A DNA stretch of 44,526 bases from Escherichia phage vB_EcoP-101117UKE2. Under the pieces are notes generated by a model. The model saw only the letters and a list, made by a program, of their open reading frames with translations. It searched no databases and was not told the DNA's origin. The position numbers and the translations under genes are program-made. The stretch is from sequence record MZ234019.1. The stretch is one strand, 5' to 3'. Below are positions 25,539-35,912 of this stretch, in pieces. Position 1 is the first letter of the stretch. Each line of letters opens with the position of its first letter.

Positions 25539-28481
25539 ATGGCAATTGAACGTCAAGCTGTACAAGGACTAGAAAGAGTACAGTCAAGGGGCGCGCCAAC
25601 ACCTATGTCTTTCACACCACGACAAGTGAGTATCTCAGGGGGCGCGGATGCCTCCGGTAGTAGATTTTTGGAAGACTTAGTAAACGCTGCAAGTAGTGTG
25701 GCTGATGTCACTACTGCTATCCTTAATCAGCAAGTAGAAGACGATAAGGTTCGCCAGATGGATAGGGCTTTGTCTGGCATGATGCCTTCTGAGGATGCTA
25801 CGGTAGGTGGTGCTCGTGCGCATATGCTGGTTAGTTTACAAAATGATGTAATCGCACAGACAACTGCGCTACAAGTAGAAGCACAGCGATTTCAAGGTAG
25901 TGACGAGGATTGGGAAAACTATGTAGTCCAATCTCGTAATGAGGTACAAAATAGGTTATGGCAAAGTTATCCAGAGCTTCGTGGTGACAAAGATTCTATG
26001 AGACTTGTCACTAACGCGTTCATGGAGCAGCAACCTAGAATTACTGCAACTAGAGCAGAGGCTAAACTTCGTCAAGAAGAAGAAGCACGAATGCAATCTA
26101 TGCAGTCTCGTATTATCATGGCTACACGGGACGTAGCGCCAGATGCCACTGGTGCAGCACTCATCCAGTTACAAAAAGAAGCACTGGCGATGGGTCTTAG
26201 TAAACCTGAGTTTGATCAGATGGTTGCTAAGATTGCATCTGACAGAGCGGCAGTAGGAGACGATAGTCTTATTCAGGGAACCAAAGCACTGGTGGATGAT
26301 AAGGGTGTCTCTTTGTATGACCGTGTTGGTGCTTTGCAAACTGGAGAGATTCAAGCTAACAGAGCTTGGGCTGCGCAGAATCAGGTTGCCCTCTTTGAGA
26401 AGAAGGATGCAGCTATAAAGGCATTCGATGCAGGGCAACTTACTCGTGAAGAGTTACTTCAGGTGATGCAGAATCACAATGAATTGACTGGTGGTACTGC
26501 TTGGTCTGATAGCGAGATCAAGGCTATCTTCGATAGGCAAGCTAAGGCTAATGCAGAGAAAGCAAAGCTCGAAGATCTTATTGCACGAGGTGAATCTGGG
26601 TCGCCTTTAGGTTTACAGGATATTAGTAAGGATGACAGAAAATCATATGCTGAAGCCTTAGTTAGTACCTACACTAAGTTGGCAGAAGATGAAATTGCCC
26701 GTACTGGTGCAACTGGAGAACAGGCTGAAGCTATTCGCGGTAGGTATGAGCAGATGCGTTATCTTAAGTTAGGGCAGCAACTTATTGAAGACCCAATCAT
26801 TAAGGAAAGATATTCGTCGCTTATGCAATTATCCTCTGCCAACCTTAAAGATATGAATGTTGAGCCTGAAGCATTACAGACCATCATGCGAGCGCGGGAC
26901 TCTATTCCAGAGGATGCACGTCGTGCTGTCATGGGAGACAAGGAGTATGCCTTTGTAGAGAACTACGACCTAGCAACTCGCATGGGGTATAACGCAGGTC
27001 AAGCTATTGAGTTTGCACAGAATGCCTCTCGTGGAGAGAAACTACAAGGTTCTGTACTTAAAGAACTGAATGATGATGTAGATGGAGTTGTAAGTGATGT
27101 GGCAGGAGGTAGTTGGCTTACTCATGGCGATAATATGAGTGAGATGGGTCGTGACATTATGATGGAGGAGGCAAGTACAATTGCGAGAGCAATGAAGGTT
27201 GCAGGTCATAATAATGACACGATTAAACGTCATCTTAAATCCTATTTGACGAGCCAGTATACACAGTTATCAGAGGGCTTCTTCACCCAAGGTGTTCTGG
27301 TGAAAGGTGATGTACGAACATTAGGTGACACTATAGGAGTAAACCAGAATGACCTTCCTATGGCGCTACGTCAATATATGGATAACAACAAGAAAGCACT
27401 TCTTGATGCATCAGGTGGCTTAGAAGAGGGTGATTTGTATTTTGATGTAGATGCGCAGCGGGGACTCTTTACCATACGTGCAGGGTCTGGTCGTGTACCT
27501 GTTACGCAGGCAATGCCTTTGTCTGAAATCAAAGGGCAGTCCTTGCTTAAGCAAAGATATGATGCAGAGGTTAAAGCCCGTGATGAGGGGCGTAAGAATT
27601 TTGAAGCACAGCAAATGAGGATGTGGGGCGCAGGTGGCTACCAAGCACAACCGCCTGCAAAGACTACAGCCAAAACTGTAGGCTCCCGTGGGATTGCTGA
27701 CTTCTTAATGTCACCTGCCTTTGCATCAGGCGAGAATCTACCAGCAAACTTTGAGTTTGGATATAAGAGGAATAATATGGACTTCTACAATTATGTAGCC
27801 AAGATGGAGAATAATGCCAATGTGGGCTTTGACCGAGTAGCTGGTGTTTATACACCATACAAAGATGCACATGGTCAATCTGTCGGGTACGGTCACTTCC
27901 TTACTACTGAAGAGAAGAAGAACGGATACATTATGATTGGTACAGAGAAAGTGCCATTCACTCCGGGACAATCTCAATTAACACCAGAACGAGCCATGCG
28001 CCTTCTACAGCAAGACTTGAAGAGTCATGTGCCAAACACTTCAGGGTGGGCTGTTCCATTCGAAGAGATGCACCCAGGTGTTCAGCGTGGCCTTATGGAC
28101 TTGTCCTATAATTTAGGCAAAGGAGGTATCCAGAATGCACCTAAAGCCTATGCTGCGTTTAAGGCTGGCAAGTTTACTGATGGATTTATTGAGATGTTAT
28201 CTACTGCATCTACTGAAGGTAAGCGTAGTACTGGGTTGTTGGTTCGTAGGGCAGAAGCATACAACCTTGCACAGAGTGGAGGTGCTATTCCTAAGATTAG
28301 TGAAGTAGAGACACGAGCCGATGGGTCTATGTATGTTAAGTTTGCAGGACAGATGTCAGAGGCTTTCGTAAATAAATCAATCTACAATCAGATTGGTAAG
28401 GATGGATGGCTGCAAGTGTACCCTCCAAAACAAGGTGTACTTGCACCTAACACCAAGATTGGTAGAATCAAACTAAGCTAG
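25539..28481 (+). CDS. internal virion protein with C-terminal GH24 lysozyme-like domain (980 aa)
   Basis: C-terminal VYTPYKDAHGQSVGYGH...LTPERAMRLLQQDL...YNLGKGG matches T4/P22 lysozyme signature. Confidence 0.85.
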   Translation: MAIERQAVQGLERVQSRGAPTPMSFTPRQVSISGGADASGSRFLEDLVNAASSVADVTTAILNQQVEDDKVRQMDRALSGMMPSEDATVGGARAHMLVSLQNDVIAQTTALQVEAQRFQGSDEDWENYVVQSRNEVQNRLWQSYPELRGDKDSMRLVTNAFMEQQPRITATRAEAKLRQEEEARMQSMQSRIIMATRDVAPDATGAALIQLQKEALAMGLSKPEFDQMVAKIASDRAAVGDDSLIQGTKALVDDKGVSLYDRVGALQTGEIQANRAWAAQNQVALFEKKDAAIKAFDAGQLTREELLQVMQNHNELTGGTAWSDSEIKAIFDRQAKANAEKAKLEDLIARGESGSPLGLQDISKDDRKSYAEALVSTYTKLAEDEIARTGATGEQAEAIRGRYEQMRYLKLGQQLIEDPIIKERYSSLMQLSSANLKDMNVEPEALQTIMRARDSIPEDARRAVMGDKEYAFVENYDLATRMGYNAGQAIEFAQNASRGEKLQGSVLKELNDDVDGVVSDVAGGSWLTHGDNMSEMGRDIMMEEASTIARAMKVAGHNNDTIKRHLKSYLTSQYTQLSEGFFTQGVLVKGDVRTLGDTIGVNQNDLPMALRQYMDNNKKALLDASGGLEEGDLYFDVDAQRGLFTIRAGSGRVPVTQAMPLSEIKGQSLLKQRYDAEVKARDEGRKNFEAQQMRMWGAGGYQAQPPAKTTAKTVGSRGIADFLMSPAFASGENLPANFEFGYKRNNMDFYNYVAKMENNANVGFDRVAGVYTPYKDAHGQSVGYGHFLTTEEKKNGYIMIGTEKVPFTPGQSQLTPERAMRLLQQDLKSHVPNTSGWAVPFEEMHPGVQRGLMDLSYNLGKGGIQNAPKAYAAFKAGKFTDGFIEMLSTASTEGKRSTGLLVRRAEAYNLAQSGGAIPKISEVETRADGSMYVKFAGQMSEAFVNKSIYNQIGKDGWLQVYPPKQGVLAPNTKIGRIKLS
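27320..27342 (+). promoter_or_regulatory. promoter-like site CATTAGGTGACACTATAGGAGTA inside internal virion protein gene
   Basis: AGGTGACACTATAG matches classical SP6 consensus better than this genome's own consensus. Confidence 0.3.
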
Positions 28482-28498
28482 TGGTATACTCAAGGTTT

Positions 28499-28514
28499 GT
28501 CTCACATGTGAGAC
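28499..28514. repeat. 16-bp perfect palindrome GTCTCACATGTGAGAC (copy 6)
   Basis: Exact copy in the junction between internal virion protein genes. Confidence 0.9.
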
Positions 28515-28548
28515 ATGCCTTTATGAATGACACTGACTAGGAGGTAAC

Positions 28549-31500
28549 ATGGTTGATAGTATTAACCAAAACTGGGTGGCGGTGACTCAACGCAAGTTAC
28601 CGCCTACCTTCTCTCAAATTGCTGAAGCTGAGCGTAAGGCTGAAGCCCAGAGAGCTAATGATAAAGTGTTTCAAACAGCAATAGAAAGTGAGTGGGCTTT
28701 ATATGGCGGACAACGTGCCTATGAACGCCACACTACAGAGTTTGCTGAACAAGAAGGCTATGAAGTGCCTGAGTCAACTAAGGATGAGTTATCCAAGTTG
28801 TATGGGTATGAAATAGCGCAAGACATAGTTAAGAATGTAAAGTCTCCAGAAGAGTTGCAATTCCGTATGTCTAATGCTGCTGCTGATAAAGACAGAGCAG
28901 ACATCTTAGCACGTAATGGTTTCACGGGTTTCAGCGCGCAGATTGCTGCTGGCATCCTTGACCCTGTAGGTTGGGCTGCATCCTTAGTGGCTGCGCCTGT
29001 AGCGGGTGCTGTCAAAGTAGGTAGGCTAGGTAGGATTATCAAGACGGCTGCCTTATCAGGTGCTGAAAATGCTGCATTAGAAGCTATACTTGCACAAGGT
29101 GATTACCAGCGAGGGGTTGATGATGTACTGGCTGCTGCCGGATTTGGTATGATTATGGGCGGCACTATTGGTGCTGCAACCAGAGAGCGCATAGCCAGTG
29201 CTGGTTCTCGTACAGCGGCAGAACGAGCAGATGCTGTAGTTGATGACTTGGACACTGTAGTAAAAGGTGCTGATGAATTTGACTCGTCTGCGGCTCGTGC
29301 TGTACGTGAAGCTATGGAATATGACGCGTATATGGCAGCGCGTAATTACGAACCACTTCGTGCAAGAGAGGTAGATGCAGACATGGCGATTCTGTCTCAC
29401 ACAGATAATTTGAAAGCCAATGCATCGGTAAGGATGAGTGCTAGTGAGAAAGGGCAACTGAAGAAGCAGATACGTCAGCTTGAAGCAGAAGCAGCAACAC
29501 TTAAAGGGAAGAAGATAGACACTGTAGCGGAAGCTGCGGCTGCTAAGGGTGCACCTAAATCTGCTGCTGACAGATTAGATTTGGATGTTCAGAAGAAAGC
29601 ATTAGCACGTAGATTTGATGAACCACTGGCAGACTTACAAGCGCGTCTTGATGAGTTGAATGCTAAATTGTCTCGTGTAAACAATGTAGGCAAAGCCAAG
29701 GAAGAGCTTAAGAGATTCTCATCGCTATCTCGTGAAGAGCAAATAAAGGAGTTAGGTCTAGACGCACCAGTGCGCAAGGTAGAGATGACCCGTGCCGTGC
29801 GAGATGCAATTGACGCAATCCGTGCCGAGCGTAAGAAGACGCCTACCGAAATACATGCTGAACAAGTCGCAGAAGATGCAATTAAGCAAAGGGCAGACGA
29901 CTCTGTTGGTGCTAAACGTGTTGAAGGTTCAGAGATTGCAGGTGAACAGTTTGACCTATCTAAAAACATGGAAGAACTTATGGATGACTTGGCACGAGAA
30001 GCATACCAGTCAGAGGTGCGGCCTATTAATCTTAAGGGTTTAGGTTCAGTGTCTTCTGTGATTCTTAACTCAGAGAATCCTGTGTTCCGAGGCCTAGGTC
30101 TTCGTCTGCTTGAAAATGCTCAAGGTGGTGCATATCAAGGTAAGACAGCTTCTATCTTATCAGATGTGTATGGCAACCTTATTCGTCATGCAGAACGTAA
30201 CAGATACAATGATGGCTTCTCTCAGTTCATCAAAGATAATAACCTACGTGCGGTAGATTATCTTAACCCTGCAACGACAAGGGATTTCAATAATCAGATT
30301 TATACAGCAATTGTTCGTGGCATACCAGAAGATACACCTCGTGGTGTTAAACTGGCAGCCGAAGGTATTGCAGATAAGCTCAAGAAAGCACTGGAGATTC
30401 GTAAGCAAGCAGGTGAGCGAGGCTTCGAGGATGTGCAATCTGCTAAAGATTATATTCCCGTTATCTACGATGGTATCAAGATCACAGAGGCAGTTAACAA
30501 GTTAGGTAGTAGTGAAGCTGTCATTCACTTGCTATCTAAAGGGTATCAGACAGGCAAGTACAAACTTGGCAAGAAAGCTGCTGATGCACTAGCCAAAGTT
30601 CAGTATATTCGCGCATCTGACTCCACCCTCTCTAGTCGTGTTGCATTCGATAGAGTAGTATCCCAGCAGCAGCAGGCTCAATTGATTGAGGATCTGAAGA
30701 AAGCAGGAGTACCAGACCATATCATTGATAATTTCATTGAAGGTACGGAATTAGCAGAAATGGCTGAATCGGTATCCAATCGAGCTAAAGCTAGCATGGG
30801 TATTAATACGCAAGCCGAATATGGCGGTTTGAAGGTGCAGGATTTGCTTAATACAAACGTAGGCGAGCTAGCTGAGAACTACGGCAAAGAGGCAGCAGGC
30901 GGTGCTGCATTAGCTGCCATGGGTTTCCCCACTCGCCAGTCTGTGCTGAATGCGATAGATGCCGCAGAACGCGCAGGTCGTAATATGGCGGGGTCAAATG
31001 CTAAGGCAATCAAACAGCTTAGAGCTGAGGCAGAAATGCTCAGAGATGCCGTTAAGCTCATTTACGGCAACACTATTGACGCCGACCCTAACTCTGGAAT
31101 TGTCAGAGGCACTCGACGTGTCCGTGAGATTACAGGCTTGTTACGATTGGGTCAAATGGGCTTCGCTCAGATACCAGAACTGGCACGTGCAATCTCTAAG
31201 ATGGGATTAGGTACTGTGCTGAAGTCCATACCTGCCACGAAGTTCTTACGTTCAAGGGCGGCTCGTAAGGGAGGAACAGCTCAAGGTGAATTACTTGAAC
31301 CTGAACTGCGAGAAATGGAGGAACTCTTAGGCTATATCGGGGAAGATAACTGGCTTACAGGGTGGAACGTCCGTCATGATGAGTTCGGAGAAACTGCTGA
31401 TAACCTAGGTAAGCTGTCTGCTATTATTGATAACGGATTAGCTATGGGTAGTAGAATCAACACAATACTCTCTGGATTTAAAGCAGTACAAGGTGGTTCA

Positions 31501-32352
31501 GAGAAAATTGTAGCTCGCTCTATCAATAAGAGATTAAAGCAGCACTTGATGGGTGAGAGACAATTACCTAAAGCAGACCTTGAAGAAGTAGGCCTAAGTG
31601 AAGATGTCATGAAAAGACTTAAGCGTCACTTTGATGACAACCCTCTGTACGCTGAGTACAATGGAGAAAAAGTTCGTATGCTGAACTTTGATGCTATGGA
31701 GCCAGACCTGAGAGAGACAGTGGGTGTTGCTGTGCGAAGAATGTCAGGCCGTCTTATTCAACGTAACTTCATTGGCGATGAAGGTATCTGGATGAATAAA
31801 TGGTGGGGCAAGGCATTAACGCAGTTTAAGTCATTCTCTATTGTCTCTATTGAGAAACAGCTAATCCATGATTTACGAGGTGATAAGATTCAGGCTGCAC
31901 AGATACTTGCATGGTCTACTTTACTAGGTTATGCATCTTATGCACTACAGATGCAGATGCAAGCGATTGGTAGGGAGGATAGAGACAAGTTCTTGAGGGA
32001 TAAGTTTGACACACAGAACATCGCTATGGGTGTCTTTAATAAACTTCCACAAGTTGCAGGCTTTGGTTTAGCTGGTGATGCTTTGGCAACCTTTGGCCTA
32101 ATGCCAGACTCCATGATGCAAGCACCGGGACGCATGGGTTTCCGTCAGCAAGGCTTTGGGGATTTGGTAGCAGGTGCTGGTGTAATAAGTGATACAGTTA
32201 ATTTGTCACAAGCACTGGTTAAGTATGCCAGTGGAGACGATGATGTCTCTACGAGGCAGTTGGTAGACAAGGTTCGTCGCCTTGTTCCTTTGGCAAATAC
32301 TATTGGTGTGGGTCAGATGACTAAAGCCAGTGTAGATTTATTGGAGGATTGA
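28549..32352 (+). CDS. large internal virion (core) protein (gp16-like, 1267 aa)
   Basis: Size and synteny; AGGAGG RBS. Confidence 0.8.
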   Translation: MVDSINQNWVAVTQRKLPPTFSQIAEAERKAEAQRANDKVFQTAIESEWALYGGQRAYERHTTEFAEQEGYEVPESTKDELSKLYGYEIAQDIVKNVKSPEELQFRMSNAAADKDRADILARNGFTGFSAQIAAGILDPVGWAASLVAAPVAGAVKVGRLGRIIKTAALSGAENAALEAILAQGDYQRGVDDVLAAAGFGMIMGGTIGAATRERIASAGSRTAAERADAVVDDLDTVVKGADEFDSSAARAVREAMEYDAYMAARNYEPLRAREVDADMAILSHTDNLKANASVRMSASEKGQLKKQIRQLEAEAATLKGKKIDTVAEAAAAKGAPKSAADRLDLDVQKKALARRFDEPLADLQARLDELNAKLSRVNNVGKAKEELKRFSSLSREEQIKELGLDAPVRKVEMTRAVRDAIDAIRAERKKTPTEIHAEQVAEDAIKQRADDSVGAKRVEGSEIAGEQFDLSKNMEELMDDLAREAYQSEVRPINLKGLGSVSSVILNSENPVFRGLGLRLLENAQGGAYQGKTASILSDVYGNLIRHAERNRYNDGFSQFIKDNNLRAVDYLNPATTRDFNNQIYTAIVRGIPEDTPRGVKLAAEGIADKLKKALEIRKQAGERGFEDVQSAKDYIPVIYDGIKITEAVNKLGSSEAVIHLLSKGYQTGKYKLGKKAADALAKVQYIRASDSTLSSRVAFDRVVSQQQQAQLIEDLKKAGVPDHIIDNFIEGTELAEMAESVSNRAKASMGINTQAEYGGLKVQDLLNTNVGELAENYGKEAAGGAALAAMGFPTRQSVLNAIDAAERAGRNMAGSNAKAIKQLRAEAEMLRDAVKLIYGNTIDADPNSGIVRGTRRVREITGLLRLGQMGFAQIPELARAISKMGLGTVLKSIPATKFLRSRAARKGGTAQGELLEPELREMEELLGYIGEDNWLTGWNVRHDEFGETADNLGKLSAIIDNGLAMGSRINTILSGFKAVQGGSEKIVARSINKRLKQHLMGERQLPKADLEEVGLSEDVMKRLKRHFDDNPLYAEYNGEKVRMLNFDAMEPDLRETVGVAVRRMSGRLIQRNFIGDEGIWMNKWWGKALTQFKSFSIVSIEKQLIHDLRGDKIQAAQILAWSTLLGYASYALQMQMQAIGREDRDKFLRDKFDTQNIAMGVFNKLPQVAGFGLAGDALATFGLMPDSMMQAPGRMGFRQQGFGDLVAGAGVISDTVNLSQALVKYASGDDDVSTRQLVDKVRRLVPLANTIGVGQMTKASVDLLED

Positions 32353-35300
32353 TGAGTTATACATATACAGACCATGTAGCTAATGGCTCACAGGTTACAT
32401 TCCCTTTTCGTTTTGCAGGCAGAGATAAGGCATACATTAGTGCGACAGATGTCCAAGTGGGTTTTGTAGAAGCAGGCACTTGGCTGCCAGCAACAGGTTG
32501 GACGCTAAGTGGCACCAATCAGATCACTTTCTTAACCCCACCGACAGAAGGTAAACAAATACGAATCAGACGTATTGTAGATAAAATAAACCCATATGCT
32601 TACTTCGAGCGGGGTAATGTTTTAGATATTAACTCTTTAAATAACTCATTCATTAAGAACCTGCAAGTCAGTCAAGAAATCCTTGATGGCTTCTTCCCAG
32701 AAGGTTTCTACTTCAAGGCAGACTTAGACATGGGTGGTCATAAGATTATAAACCTACATGAGGGTTCTGAGTCAGGTGATGCTGTAAATTATGATCAGTT
32801 TAAAGAGTTATCAGACCGCGTTAATGAGATTGAATCAGATTTAACAGGTTTGTCTCACAGAACAGTACCTATGTACTATATCGCAACTGGTGGAGAGTCA
32901 CGTTGGGAGATCGGTCACTGGACTTTCGACGCTGCAATATTGTTTATTAATGGTGTATTCCAGAACCAAAACCTAGGGGCTTTCACCATCAGCAACAATG
33001 GTTTTAACTTTGCAGAACCATTGCAGAAAGGGGATGAAGTATATGCCCTTGTAGGCAGCCGCATTGCAGCACCCAATGAGTATGTAACAATCTCTGACTT
33101 GAAAGACCCTGATAAAGCGTGGAGGCTGATCGGACGCAAGTACCCTTTTGCGACAGATGGAACTTTTATGTCAAAGGTCGTACATGACGTAGACTACTCT
33201 AATCTCTTCACTGGAGCGACAGGTCTTAGTCAAGGCTTCTGTATCGTAGACACGCCGCAAGGTGCGCGCATGTTCTTCCACCAACCTATCCCAAGCACTA
33301 CTAAGGTTCGTTTCGTTGAAACAACCTTTAACCCTGAAGGGGACAATGAAAACCCTTCTGTTATTTCATTCAGTCAGGAACTGGATGATATTGGACACCA
33401 GACTGTGTGTGGTGTATATGAGGATGGGGCGGTGCGTTTATACACCTTAAGTGCAGATGAAAAATCTTATTATATCATAGATTGGCAAGGTAATAATACG
33501 TCTAATGTACATATGCGTAAGGTGCAGGTTCCTACGGAAGGTGTGTATTCTAAGGACTTATTTGTCTCAGTGGGTATGTCAGAAGATACTAAAACGCTGG
33601 TATTCCATGCAACCACCAATACTCAGGCTTTTGGTAACAAGGATGATGCGAGGGCTATTTACCTCTTCGATAGAAAAACATTGGATTCAACCTTAACTAG
33701 AGGTCTTAAGCGTAGATTCGAAGTAGGAGCACCTGCTGCACCAGATATGGCCTTCCAAGGGGTTGCTTGTGATGATTACTTCTTGTATATATATCATGGA
33801 TATAATGGTGTCCTGTTGTCTCACAAGATCTTCGTCTTCACCCTCTCAGGGGAGCATGTACGGGATATTCCCGTTGATAGTGTGCGTGTAAAATATGGAG
33901 AAAGGATGTATGGTGACGAGACTTTAGGGTATCCTGTATTGCAGGAACCGGAAGGTTTGGCAATGTATAAAGGCAAACTTTATATGTTGTGTATGGATTT
34001 CTGGTACAAGAATGCAAGTGTAGTTACTTTCGCTGGCAGGACTTTTGCTACAAGGAAATCTTCAGCGTTTTCTGGGTACAGCCCATTACAAGCATCATAT
34101 TGGACACCTACTAAACTAATACCACCCACGGGTGCACCTGATTATAGCAAGACAGCCACCTACTCCTGCTCTAATGCTACTAAGCTCAGTAAAGCTGTTG
34201 TCAGTTTAGAAATAGATGATGGCACAGGCTTCCCTGCAAGTATTGGGTGTTCATTGCCAGAGAGTAGCGCCAGTGTATACCTAAACAACCGAGCGATGAA
34301 TATGGCTATCGGGCCAAATGAAAACTTCCAGTTTGGGGTATTTCACCAGAACCTACAGTCATACAAAAACCTGTTACAGCTCAACAGAGAGAACCCAAAT
34401 ACGGATGGATCAGCGGCTGTGTGGAGGTTGTTCGGAGGTGCGTTCACAGATGACATTCAGAATGAAAGATTTGTTCAGATTAAGCATAGACTTAATCCCA
34501 CACAAGATGCCATGGAGCTTCGTGCGGATGTTGACCTTACGAGCGGTGGTGGGATTAACTTGTATTCTATGAACGACTCTGCCTCTCCTGGTCGAGTAAG
34601 GCTATATTGTACTGACGGGTATTCTTATTGGTCAGCTCTACTGAGTCCTGCATCCCCATCTTTTCACCCTGATCAAGATAAGACTCTAAACTTAGGTACA
34701 GCAAACAACCGTTGGAACCTAGTCCATTGTCAAGGTATCCGTATCATCTCTAACGACGAGTTACAGAAGCAAGTCTTTCTTGAAACTACCCGTAAAAAAG
34801 GTGCACTACAGATCTCCACTTCCGGCAATCTAGGGGTGTGGGATAGTAGCGCAGGTACTTATGTTGTGGCAACCAGACCTGATGGTACAGGCTTTTCACA
34901 GGTAGAGATGAGCTTCAAAGGTGATGTTTTTCCTGAAATAAATAATACTTACAATTTAGGTCGTGAGAATAAGGCATGGGCTAATGCCTACTTTCAAAAC
35001 GCACCGACTGTTGTCTGTGATGCCAGACTTAAAACAGATGCTAGGGAGTTAACAGCCGCAGAGAAATCCGCATTCTTAGAGATCTCTAAACTTCCGGCAG
35101 TTTGGCAATGGCTTGCTAAACTGGAAGTAGAAGGAGAGGATGCCCGCTTACACTCTGGATGTACTGTCCAAGCTGCTATCTCGGTTATGGAGAAACATGG
35201 CCTAGATTGGACTAAGTATAGTGCTTTCTGTTATGACAAATGGGATGCCAAGGAGGCTGTCTATGATATAGTGGATGGTAAGGCTATCCTTGTTGAAGAG

Positions 35301-35435
35301 GCAGTTGAGGCTGGCGACCGTTATCGTCTTCGTAGAGAAGAGCTGATGTGGTGGTGCATGAAGGCACAGAATGCTTGGATTGAATCTATTGAGGGGAGGC
35401 TGGCGAAATTAGAAGATAAACTCAAGGAGGTGTAA
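32352..35435 (+). CDS. tail fiber protein with C-terminal intramolecular-chaperone-like domain
   Basis: N-terminus resembles T7 gp17 attachment region; C-terminal CDARLK...HSGCTVQAAISVMEKHGL resembles S74-type chaperone domain; ATG 32352 overlaps upstream stop. Confidence 0.8.
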   Translation: MSYTYTDHVANGSQVTFPFRFAGRDKAYISATDVQVGFVEAGTWLPATGWTLSGTNQITFLTPPTEGKQIRIRRIVDKINPYAYFERGNVLDINSLNNSFIKNLQVSQEILDGFFPEGFYFKADLDMGGHKIINLHEGSESGDAVNYDQFKELSDRVNEIESDLTGLSHRTVPMYYIATGGESRWEIGHWTFDAAILFINGVFQNQNLGAFTISNNGFNFAEPLQKGDEVYALVGSRIAAPNEYVTISDLKDPDKAWRLIGRKYPFATDGTFMSKVVHDVDYSNLFTGATGLSQGFCIVDTPQGARMFFHQPIPSTTKVRFVETTFNPEGDNENPSVISFSQELDDIGHQTVCGVYEDGAVRLYTLSADEKSYYIIDWQGNNTSNVHMRKVQVPTEGVYSKDLFVSVGMSEDTKTLVFHATTNTQAFGNKDDARAIYLFDRKTLDSTLTRGLKRRFEVGAPAAPDMAFQGVACDDYFLYIYHGYNGVLLSHKIFVFTLSGEHVRDIPVDSVRVKYGERMYGDETLGYPVLQEPEGLAMYKGKLYMLCMDFWYKNASVVTFAGRTFATRKSSAFSGYSPLQASYWTPTKLIPPTGAPDYSKTATYSCSNATKLSKAVVSLEIDDGTGFPASIGCSLPESSASVYLNNRAMNMAIGPNENFQFGVFHQNLQSYKNLLQLNRENPNTDGSAAVWRLFGGAFTDDIQNERFVQIKHRLNPTQDAMELRADVDLTSGGGINLYSMNDSASPGRVRLYCTDGYSYWSALLSPASPSFHPDQDKTLNLGTANNRWNLVHCQGIRIISNDELQKQVFLETTRKKGALQISTSGNLGVWDSSAGTYVVATRPDGTGFSQVEMSFKGDVFPEINNTYNLGRENKAWANAYFQNAPTVVCDARLKTDARELTAAEKSAFLEISKLPAVWQWLAKLEVEGEDARLHSGCTVQAAISVMEKHGLDWTKYSAFCYDKWDAKEAVYDIVDGKAILVEEAVEAGDRYRLRREELMWWCMKAQNAWIESIEGRLAKLEDKLKEV

Positions 35436-35629
35436 TGATAAACTCCGAACTGGTAGATAATGGTGTGAAGCTGGCGCCACCTGCATTAGTCTCAGGTGGG
35501 TACTTCCTCGGTATCAGTTGGGACAATTGGGTACTGATAGCAACATTCATTTATACAGTGTTGCAGATTGGCGATTGGTTCTATACTAAATATACAATAT
35601 GGAGGAATAAGCATGAGCGTGCACAATAA
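35435..35629 (+). CDS. class II holin (T7 gp17.5-like, 64 aa)
   Basis: LGISWDNWVLIATFIYTVLQIG matches T7 gp17.5 FGLSLNEWFYVAAIAYTVVQIG; same position between fiber and terminase. Confidence 0.8.
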   Translation: MINSELVDNGVKLAPPALVSGGYFLGISWDNWVLIATFIYTVLQIGDWFYTKYTIWRNKHERAQ

Positions 35630-35912
35630 ACATGCAGCCACAGAGGATGAAGTAGGCATCCTTCATGGCGCTATTACGAAGATGTTTAATAAGAAAGCAC
35701 AGGCTATACTGGACACTATAGAAGAAGACCCTGATTCTGCTATGCACTTAGTGTCAGGTAAGGATATTGGAGCCATGTGTAAGTGGGTTTTAGATAATGG
35801 CATTACTGCAACCCCTGCTGCACAGCAGGAAGAATCTAAGTTGTCTAAGCGTCTCAAGGCTATCCGAGAGGCGTCCAGTGGTAAGATCATTCAGTTTACT
35901 AAGGAGGATTAA
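35613..35912 (+). CDS. terminase small subunit (putative)
   Basis: Synteny with T7 gene 18; ATG 35613 with GGAGG RBS (track start 35568 overlaps holin). Confidence 0.6.
   Translation: MSVHNKHAATEDEVGILHGAITKMFNKKAQAILDTIEEDPDSAMHLVSGKDIGAMCKWVLDNGITATPAAQQEESKLSKRLKAIREASSGKIIQFTKED
35704..35726 (+). promoter_or_regulatory. promoter-like site CTATACTGGACACTATAGAAGAA inside small terminase gene
   Basis: 15 of 17 upstream positions plus initiating region match consensus. Confidence 0.35.
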
